From the NCBI GenBank assembly GCA_043821645.1, contig JBDRCO010000133.1, positions 1 through 25,254 of the forward strand: a stretch of 25,254 nucleotides of DNA. The letters run 5' to 3'. The DNA is from Pseudomonadota bacterium (GTDB lineage Bacteria > Myxococcota > JACRCW01 > JAFGSX01). Positions 18,752 through 25,254 of the stretch are shown here, piece after piece. Position 1 is the stretch's first letter. Each line of letters begins with the position of its first letter. The notes under the pieces were generated by a model that saw only the letters and a program-made list of their open reading frames with translations, did no database searches and was not told the DNA's origin. Both the position numbers and the translations under genes were made by a program.

Positions 18752-20041
18752 TCAGGCGCCAAGCTCGCGCGACAGTGCCATGGCCGCCACCGTGCCATCG
18801 GCCACCGCGGTGGTCATCTGGCGGTAGCGTGTGGCGCGCACATCCCCGGCCGCGAACACCCCCGGCAGGTTCGTGTGCATGTCGCTGTCGACGCGCACGT
18901 AGCCCCAGTCATCGAGGGTCAACTGCTCAGCCAGGGGCTCGAGGTTGGGCTGCATGCCGGCGAAGATGAACACGCCATCGCAGGCCAGAACACGGCGCTG
19001 GTGCGTCTTGAGGTCCTCGACCTCGACCTCGCCCACGGTGTCGCCTTTCTGCAGGAAGGCGCGCGGCTCGTGCTCCATCAGGAATTCGAACTTGGGATTC
19101 TGGCGCACCGCCTCCTGGGCCTGGCGGTTGGCCTGGAACTCGGCGAACTGGTGCACCAGGGTGATGCGCGAGGCGAACTTGGCGATGAGCTGCGCTTCCT
19201 CGAGGGCCGAGTTGCCACCGCCGATCACCACCACGTGCTTGCCCTCGTAGTACTTGGCGTCGCAGGTGGCGCAGTAGGAGATGCCGCGACCTCGAAACTC
19301 GAGCTCGCCAGGCAAGCCCAGGGGACGCGGCGACGAGCCCGTGGCCACCACCACGGTGCGCCCCCGGATGGTCTCCAGACCATCGATCTCGACCTCGCGC
19401 CGGGCCAGGTCCACGCGCGTGATGTCGACAGCCTGCCGCATCTCCACCCCGGCGTGGCGAGCTTGCTCGGACATGTTGTGGGCAAGCAGGTAGCCAGGCT
19501 GCGGCTCGATGAAGCCTGGGTAGTTGGACACGGTGTGGGTAAGCGCCACGTTGCCACCGGCCAGACCGCGGTCGACGAGCACGGTGTGCAGCTTGGCCTG
19601 GGCCGTGTAGATGCCTGCGGTGAGACCTGCGGGGCCACCGCCCAGGATCAGCACATCGCAGTCTGTGACCGTGCGCTGTTTGCGCGTCTGTATGGCCTGC
19701 GCCCGCTCGGGGGCGATGAGCTTGACCAGGTTGTCCTCGACGGCCGCGCGCTTGATGCCACCGGTGAGGCGGTCACCCACACGATCGCCGCGACGGTAGA
19801 AGATCACCGTGGGCGAGCCTGTGATGCCCAGCGAACTGGCCAGGTCACGGTTCTCCTGGCGAAAGATCTTGATGAACTTGACGTCGTCACCGTACAGCTC
19901 GGCCAGGGCCTCGTACTTGGCGGCCAGGGCCTCGCAGGGCGGGCACTCGCTGGAGTAAAAATCCACCACCACGGGCTGCTCGGCCTCGAGCACCTCGCGC
20001 TGCCACTGGCTGTGATCGATGTAGGTGATCTTGTCGCTCAT
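18752..20041 (-). CDS. Thioredoxin-thioredoxin reductase fusion (N-terminal Trx, C-terminal flavin TrxR)
   Basis: Trx domain VVVDFYSSECPPC...ITGSPT. TrxR motifs GGGPAGLTAG, NYPGF, ATGS, GISYCATCD, GGGNSALEEA and TNLPGVFAAGDV. HQFAEFQA replaces HRRxxxR. Confidence 0.92.
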   Translation of the reverse strand: MSDKITYIDHSQWQREVLEAEQPVVVDFYSSECPPCEALAAKYEALAELYGDDVKFIKIFRQENRDLASSLGITGSPTVIFYRRGDRVGDRLTGGIKRAAVEDNLVKLIAPERAQAIQTRKQRTVTDCDVLILGGGPAGLTAGIYTAQAKLHTVLVDRGLAGGNVALTHTVSNYPGFIEPQPGYLLAHNMSEQARHAGVEMRQAVDITRVDLARREVEIDGLETIRGRTVVVATGSSPRPLGLPGELEFRGRGISYCATCDAKYYEGKHVVVIGGGNSALEEAQLIAKFASRITLVHQFAEFQANRQAQEAVRQNPKFEFLMEHEPRAFLQKGDTVGEVEVEDLKTHQRRVLACDGVFIFAGMQPNLEPLAEQLTLDDWGYVRVDSDMHTNLPGVFAAGDVRATRYRQMTTAVADGTVAAMALSRELGA

Positions 20042-20047
20042 GGTGAT

Positions 20048-21457
20048 CTACCTTTCCTGGGAGGGCTGTGCCCGCCCCTCGTCGGTACAGGCGCATCCCG
20101 TCGACGCCGTTGCATGCGCCCCGACATCCTCGTCGTCGATATACAGCGCCAGGCCCAGCCCGATCATCTCGGGCACGGGCCGGCAGTCGGGAGCGGCGAT
20201 GCGCCCGTGCTGGTTCTTGGCCAGGGCACCGCAGCCCCCCCCGCACACCAGTTTGCTCGGGCAGTCGCGGCACTCAGGAATGGCGAGCACGTCTCGGTCC
20301 TGCCAGGCAGCGACCTTTTCCTCGTCGAGGCTGGCCACGGGGTAGAAGCTGCCGACCTGCTCGCCGGCCTTGCCCACGGTCGCGGTGCACGGGTAGATGG
20401 CGCCCGTGAAGTCATAGGCCCACTCGGTCTTGCAGGCCGGACAGGCGTCGAACAGGGGCTCGGGCAGCTCCCCGGTGTCCGCGAGCTGACGCGCCACGTG
20501 AAACGACGGCCTGTGCAGCTCGAGCACCTCGGGATGCGCCCGGGCCAGCTCGAAGAAGGCCTGGTACAGCGCGAGCCTGTCGTACAGGGCGGTGCGGTCG
20601 GCCTGGCACTCGTGCAGCTCGTAGTTGCGGCCGAGCTGGGTCTTGAAGCCCGGCGCGGCGAGCCAGCCATGCGCGCGCGCCAGGGCGGCGAGTTCAACCA
20701 GGCTGGCCAGGTTGTCCTTGTCCACGACGACGCGCAGGTTGATGGGCAGGCCGCGGGCGATGGCCGCGTCAATGCCGCGTACCACCGCGTCGAAGGTGGC
20801 GCCACCGCCCTTGAGGGGCCGGCGCTGATCGTGCACTGCCGCCGGGCCGTCGAGGGTCACCTGGATCTCACGCAGGGTGGCCCGCCCCAGCAGGTCCAGG
20901 TAGCTCTCGAGGTGGTAGCCATTGGTGACAACAGCAAGATCAACGCCGCGACGACTTGCTTCGTCGACCATCTGCGCGAGATCGCGTCGCGCTCGCGGGC
21001 CGGGCAGCAGGGGCTCGCCGCCGAACACCGTGACGTAGAAGCGACGGCCCGCGAAGCGCCGCGCCAGGTCGTCGAAGAAGGCGGGGATCACGGCCGGGTC
21101 GTGGTCGGGCGCGGGCTGCGCATAGCTGTTCTGAAAGCAGTAGCCGCAGCCGAAGTTGCAGGCGTAGGTCGGCACGTAGAAGACCTGCACCTCGTCCTGC
21201 GCGCGGCCGTCGAGAAAGCGCAGAAAGGCCTGGCGCAGCAGGCGCTGCTCCTCGTCGGGAGGCAGCAGGTAGTCGCGCTCGGCCAGGTCGGGGACGGCCT
21301 CCGGGTGGCCGCTGCCCAGGGCCTCGGCCTCGTCGTGGCTGAGCAGGTCGGCCTCGCCGGTGAGCGGCGAGATCACGAAGCTCGCGTCGCGCCCGGGCAG
21401 GCGAGCCACGATGAGGTTGCGAGCCAGGGCCCTGGCCATGGTCGGTGTCTCCGGCAT
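20048..21457 (-). CDS. Radical SAM/SPASM-domain peptide maturase-like enzyme
   Basis: CNFGCGYC (CxxxCxxC), FGGEPLL, VTNG and QVTLDGPAAVHDQRR. SPASM cysteines CPAC...GAIYPC...CRDCPSKLVCGGGC-x15-C. An ~85-aa N-terminal extension resembles an RRE. The start is 21457 or 21439. Confidence 0.92.
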   Translation of the reverse strand: MPETPTMARALARNLIVARLPGRDASFVISPLTGEADLLSHDEAEALGSGHPEAVPDLAERDYLLPPDEEQRLLRQAFLRFLDGRAQDEVQVFYVPTYACNFGCGYCFQNSYAQPAPDHDPAVIPAFFDDLARRFAGRRFYVTVFGGEPLLPGPRARRDLAQMVDEASRRGVDLAVVTNGYHLESYLDLLGRATLREIQVTLDGPAAVHDQRRPLKGGGATFDAVVRGIDAAIARGLPINLRVVVDKDNLASLVELAALARAHGWLAAPGFKTQLGRNYELHECQADRTALYDRLALYQAFFELARAHPEVLELHRPSFHVARQLADTGELPEPLFDACPACKTEWAYDFTGAIYPCTATVGKAGEQVGSFYPVASLDEEKVAAWQDRDVLAIPECRDCPSKLVCGGGCGALAKNQHGRIAAPDCRPVPEMIGLGLALYIDDEDVGAHATASTGCACTDEGRAQPSQER

Positions 21458-21464
21458 GTCCCGC

Positions 21465-21605
21465 TCAGTCGTGGCAACCGGCGACGTGGCGCGACACCTT
21501 GGCACAGCACTGGGCCTCGGTGCTGGCACGCTCCGGGGTGCGGGCAGGCTTCTTGCCCTTGCTGGGCTGGGTGGTCGCGGGCTTCTTGCGGTTCAGGGAC
21601 TTCAT
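21465..21605 (-). CDS. Putative 46-aa RiPP precursor peptide
   Basis: GGAG 7 nt before ATG 21605. Sequence MKSLNRKKPATTQPSKGKKPARTPERASTEAQCCAKVSRHVAGCHD has a basic leader-like part and all three Cys in the last 14 aa. It ends 7 nt before the rSAM/SPASM start. Confidence 0.8.
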   Translation of the reverse strand: MKSLNRKKPATTQPSKGKKPARTPERASTEAQCCAKVSRHVAGCHD

Positions 21606-21654
21606 GGATGCACTCCGTCGTCGTGGTGCAGGTGGTGAATACGCTCGAACGATC

Positions 21655-22320
21655 TCAGCTGCCACCGTGGCAGCCGCAGGAGGCTGGTCGCGTGCCGGCG
21701 AGGGTGATGCTGCAGACCTGGATGTGGCCCTTGGCATAGGGTGCGCTCTCCTCGAGCACCTGAACACTGTTGAAGCCGCTGTCGACCAGCGTCTCGAGGT
21801 AAGCGTCGCGGGTCACCGCCCCGGCCCAGCACTCGGCCACGGCCACCGGGTCGTTGCGGTAGGCCGCTGGCACCTCCTCGGTGGCGTAGATGTCGCTGAC
21901 CACGAAGCGGCCTCCGGGCTTGAGCACCCTGAAGATCTCGGCCCACACCGCCTTCTTGTCGCCGGCGTGGTTGATGGTGCAGTTGCTGATCACGAGGTCC
22001 GCCGTGCGCGCGGGCAGGTCCAGCTGCTCGAGCTCGCAGCGCACGAACCGCGCATTGGTCACGCCCAGCTTCTCGGCGGTGCGCCTGGCCGTCGCGAGCA
22101 TACCCTCGGCCACGTCGACCCCGTAGGCCAGGCCCGTGGGCCCCACCGCCTCGGCCAGCCGGATCACGTCCTGGCCGCGACCGCTGCCCAGATCCACGCA
22201 CACTTCGCCGGGGCGCGGCTGGGCCAGGTCGATGGCGCCGCCGCAGGACAGGCAGCAGCTGCTGCTGGCCAGCTCCGAGTAGCGTTGCGCGATGGATTCG
22301 GTGGCCCGGGTGATCTGCAT
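21655..22320 (-). CDS. ArsM/AS3MT-like SAM-dependent methyltransferase
   Basis: SAM motif VDLGSGRGQD and FRVLKPGGRFVVSD. ArsM-type Cys contexts SCCLSCGG, ISNCTIN and AECWAGA. C-terminal CGCH tail. Confidence 0.85.
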   Translation of the reverse strand: MQITRATESIAQRYSELASSSCCLSCGGAIDLAQPRPGEVCVDLGSGRGQDVIRLAEAVGPTGLAYGVDVAEGMLATARRTAEKLGVTNARFVRCELEQLDLPARTADLVISNCTINHAGDKKAVWAEIFRVLKPGGRFVVSDIYATEEVPAAYRNDPVAVAECWAGAVTRDAYLETLVDSGFNSVQVLEESAPYAKGHIQVCSITLAGTRPASCGCHGGS

Positions 22321-22584
22321 GGGGACTCTCTGCTAGCCGGCTGTCGGCGGCCTTTACTGTTCGCGCACCTCCTGGTGCATCGCCTGGGTGGGAGCCTCGC
22401 CCATAAAAAGGGATTCGTCACGGCCGGGCAAGGGCTGCCCGGGACCCCAGCGCACCCGCGATGGGCGGAGGCCTGGGTCCGCTGGCCGGCGAGAAGGGCG
22501 CCACGCCGCCCGCGATGCCGCCGGTGGGTGAGCTGAATAAGTCGAGCGAGGATGGGAGAAAAGAGAAGCGAAAGACCGCTGACG

Positions 22585-23406
22585 CTAGCCCCGCGCCCCG
22601 CCGAACTGCATGTTCTCGAGCTGGTAGCGCGTGAGGTTGGCGAAGAACCACGCGCCGTAGATGCCGAAGGTGATCGAGGTCAGCAGACCGCCCACGAGCG
22701 ACAGCACGAAGAGCTGGCCGCCGGTGCCCACGAAGTCGCCGGTCAGGGCCTGATTGTCGACGGTGAGCTTGGTGTTCTGAGCCATGAACTGCATCATCTT
22801 GACCTGGAACCAGAAGCTGTAGATGCCCAGGGTGACCATGGTCAGCAGGTAGCCGACCAGGAAGGTCACGAACAGGTTGCCACCGGTGCCGCTGAAGGCC
22901 ACCGTGCCCACCTTGGTGTCGCCGCGCAGGATGTCGGTCTTCTCGGCGAACAGGGTGTACAGCTTGCACATGAACCAGGGCGCGTAGATGCCGAAGGTGA
23001 TCGAGGTCAGCAGGATGCCCACCAGGTAGGCCACGAAGAGCTCACCACCGGTGGCGGTGAAGCGCAGGCGGTAGGTCGTGCCGTCTGCGGCCTTGGCCGT
23101 GGTGTTGTCGGCGTAGAAGCGCATCAGGTTGGCCATGAACCAGGCTCCGTAGATACCGAAGGTGATCGAGGTGAGCAGGGCGCCCACCAAGCCCACCACG
23201 AACAGCTGACCACCCGTGCCCTTGAACTCCACTTGCAGCGAGCCCTTGGGCCCGCCCTCGATGGTGGTCTTGGAGGCGGCATACTGCATGATGCTGACCA
23301 TGAACCAGGGCATGTAGATACCCATGGTGATGGCCGTCAGGATCATGCCGACCAGAAACTTCACGAAGATCTCGCCACCCGTACCCGTGAACTTGAACTT
23401 CCTCAT
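22585..23406 (-). CDS. DUF898/YjgN-like inner membrane protein made of five ~57-aa repeats
   Basis: GGAGGGG precedes ATG 23406. Five copies of F-x-(G/A)TGG-x-(L/I)FV-x2-LVG-x-(L/I)LT-x-(I/V)T-x-GIY-x2-WF. Confidence 0.85.
   Translation of the reverse strand: MRKFKFTGTGGEIFVKFLVGMILTAITMGIYMPWFMVSIMQYAASKTTIEGGPKGSLQVEFKGTGGQLFVVGLVGALLTSITFGIYGAWFMANLMRFYADNTTAKAADGTTYRLRFTATGGELFVAYLVGILLTSITFGIYAPWFMCKLYTLFAEKTDILRGDTKVGTVAFSGTGGNLFVTFLVGYLLTMVTLGIYSFWFQVKMMQFMAQNTKLTVDNQALTGDFVGTGGQLFVLSLVGGLLTSITFGIYGAWFFANLTRYQLENMQFGGARG
22656..23178. repeat. 31-nt intragenic direct repeat, three copies
   Basis: CGTAGATGCCGAAGGTGATCGAGGTCAGCAG is exact at 22656-22686 and 22983-23013, with a two-mismatch copy at 23148-23178. 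It encodes LLTSITFGIY in the DUF898-like repeats. Confidence 0.8.
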
Positions 23407-23600
23407 GGTCGTGGCCCCTCCACCTGTGTGAGCGGTTGCGGTCGTAGCCATACTCGCGAATGCGCAGAGCCTTGCAGAGGTCGGACATCGCAGCAAGGGG
23501 TGTTGCCTGCTCCGGGCACTTCGACTCAGAGAAGAAACGTCTCGCGCCCTGGCTTGCCAGCCCGCGCGACGCGACCTATGACATCGAGATGCTGCCAATC

Positions 23601-25254
23601 ATGACTGGACCTCATCGCGACCCAACCGCCAAGCGGCGAACACTCGCCTGGGGCACCGTGCTGAGTGCGGTGCTCAGCGCCCTGATCGCCTGCCCGCCCC
23701 CGACCCCGCCCCCCGACGAGGGCGGCATGGACAGCCGCATCATCGCCGACGCGCGAGGCATCGTGCCGCCCTTGCTGTGCCCGGGCGCCCGCGGCTGCGA
23801 GCACGCCACCGGGGCGCTGCGGGTGGGCGTGGCCGCGCGCACCATCACCCCCAAGGTCGAGACCTGGCAGGACCTGGATGGCAACGGGGTGCACAACGGC
23901 GACGAGCCCTTTGACGACCTCGACCACGACGGGGTGTGGGACCCGGTGTGGATCGCGGGCTACGGCCCGGGTCGCGCCGCCACCGGCGTGCACGACGACA
24001 CCTGGGTGCGCGTACTCACCTTTTCCCGGGGTGCGTTGCGGGTGGCCCTGGTCAGCGTCGACATCGTGGGTCTGTTTCACGACGACGTGGTGCGCCTGCG
24101 CCAGGCCGCCGTGGATGCCGGCCTGGACCTCGATCACATCCTGGTGACCTCGACCCACGTGCACGAGGGCAAGGACACCATGGGCTACTGGGGCGAGGTC
24201 TTTGGCCGCAGCGGCTACGACCCCGACTACATGCAGTGGATGCAAGAGCGCAGCATCGAGGCCCTGGCCGAGGCCATCACGGGCGAGCGGGAGACGCGGA
24301 TCCGGGCCATTCGTACCCCGGCACCACCCTTTGCCCGGGACTCGCGGCGACCCCAGGTGATGGATCCCGATCTGCTCGTCGTCGCCTTCGAGGACGCCCA
24401 GCAGCAGACCTTTGCCTCGTTGGTGTCCTGGGCCAACCACCCCGAGACCCTGGATAACGAGAACACCCTGCTGACCTCGGACTTCGCCCACTACCTGCGC
24501 GATGAGATGGAGGCGGGCCTGCCTGGCAGCCTGAGCATCTACATGCAGGGCGCGGTGGGAGGGCAGATGGTGCCCTTCGGCTTCGTGGCCTGCCCTGGTG
24601 CCCAGGACGAGGAGACCTGCCCCCAGGGCACCTTCGAGCGCGCCGAGAAGATTGGCCGCGAGGCGGCCCGGTCTGCCCTGGCCGGACTACAGTCCAGCGC
24701 CGTCGTCGTCGATACCGACCCCGTGCTCGCCCTGCGTCGCCAGCCCTTCTTCGCCAGCACCCAGAACTCGGTGTTCGTGGCCCTGTTTCAGTGGGGCGTG
24801 TTCCCGCGGCGCATCTACGACAGCAAAGGTGAACCCTATGAGCAGGAGTACATCGAGTACCTGACCCTCGAGGATGCCCTGGCCGGCGAGCTGCTGGTGC
24901 ACACCGAGACCAACGCCCTGAGCCTGGGACCACTGGAGCTGATCACCGCGCCGGGGGAGCTGTACAACGAGCTGTGGCTGCAACCCGAGGGTGGCGGCAG
25001 TTTTATCGAGCATCCCGAGGGTGCGGACTTCCCGGACGCCCCGGCCGAGACGCCCCTGTCAAGCTACGTGCCGCCGGGCAAGATCGGCGTGCTGGTCGGC
25101 CTGGGCAACGACGAGCTGGGCTACATCATCCCCAAGGCGCAGTACGACGCGGTGCTGCCCGGGGCCTACAATCCCGACGGGCAGTACGGCGAGTACAACT
25201 CGTTTGGCTACGAGATGGCGCCCACCGTCGCGGGCGCAGTCGAGGCCATGTACA
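23601..25254 (+). CDS. 3'-truncated lipoprotein with neutral/alkaline ceramidase-like metallohydrolase domain
   Basis: The frame stays open from ATG 23601 (or 23589) to the window end, so it is missing from the ORF track. Lipobox ALIA-C. Motifs LRVGVAARTITP, WIAGYG, GVHDDTWVR, STHVHEG, WANHPE, TSDFAHY, QGAVGG, TAPGELY and GLGNDELGYI, plus inserted DLDGNG/DLDHDG Ca-binding-like loops. Confidence 0.8.
   Translation, partial: MTGPHRDPTAKRRTLAWGTVLSAVLSALIACPPPTPPPDEGGMDSRIIADARGIVPPLLCPGARGCEHATGALRVGVAARTITPKVETWQDLDGNGVHNGDEPFDDLDHDGVWDPVWIAGYGPGRAATGVHDDTWVRVLTFSRGALRVALVSVDIVGLFHDDVVRLRQAAVDAGLDLDHILVTSTHVHEGKDTMGYWGEVFGRSGYDPDYMQWMQERSIEALAEAITGERETRIRAIRTPAPPFARDSRRPQVMDPDLLVVAFEDAQQQTFASLVSWANHPETLDNENTLLTSDFAHYLRDEMEAGLPGSLSIYMQGAVGGQMVPFGFVACPGAQDEETCPQGTFERAEKIGREAARSALAGLQSSAVVVDTDPVLALRRQPFFASTQNSVFVALFQWGVFPRRIYDSKGEPYEQEYIEYLTLEDALAGELLVHTETNALSLGPLELITAPGELYNELWLQPEGGGSFIEHPEGADFPDAPAETPLSSYVPPGKIGVLVGLGNDELGYIIPKAQYDAVLPGAYNPDGQYGEYNSFGYEMAPTVAGAVEAMY

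Noticed and set aside
21465-21657. Selenocysteine read-through at the TGA stops of the peptide and methyltransferase
   Set aside because: The TGAs do not sit at Cys-equivalent positions, no convincing SECIS-like hairpin follows, and the peptide stop abuts the rSAM start.
18545-21739. 1064-aa plus-strand ORF
   Set aside because: It is the antisense shadow of the TrxR, rSAM and peptide genes. High GC3 bias removes stops on the opposite strand, and it has no recognisable motifs.
22330-22560. Known riboswitch (SAM, ZTP, c-di-AMP, c-di-GMP, fluoride) upstream of the methyltransferase
   Set aside because: Hairpins are present, but I could not match the conserved core of any of these families by eye. 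An Rfam scan is needed.
22656-23178. 31-nt direct repeats as a possible CRISPR array
   Set aside because: Spacing is irregular and far too long, the repeats are in-frame protein repeats, and no cas genes are present.
23491-23510. Sigma-54-like AGGCAACACCCCTTGC on the minus strand upstream of the DUF898-like gene
   Set aside because: The spacing is GG-N11-GC rather than the required N10.

Overview
GC-rich bacterial window, most likely from a Myxococcota/deltaproteobacterial genome (RomR-like C-terminus next to valS, lipoproteins with Asp-Ala linkers, Cys-rich lipoprotein). The left part carries a 5'-truncated RomR-like gene, valS (split by one extra G and carrying an in-frame double-hairpin insertion), a ComM/YifB AAA+ ATPase, GH13 and GH9 lipoproteins, a SMUG1-type uracil-DNA glycosylase, an ANL-type ligase, a DUF3089-like hydrolase, and a TPR gene coupled to a steroid 5-alpha-reductase-like gene. 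The standout is a tight minus-strand operon (22320 to 18523). It encodes an ArsM/AS3MT-like methyltransferase, a 46-aa Cys-containing peptide (…TEAQCCAKVSRHVAGCHD), a radical SAM/SPASM enzyme with an RRE-like N-terminus, a thioredoxin-thioredoxin reductase fusion lacking the NADPH-binding HRR motif, and a 56-aa Cys-Cys microprotein missing from the ORF track. This looks like an uncharacterised RiPP-like, thiol/metalloid-linked system. The window ends with a five-repeat DUF898-like membrane protein and a 3'-truncated ceramidase-like lipoprotein. No rRNA, tRNA, CRISPR array or transposase was seen. All family calls come from motif recognition, not database searches.
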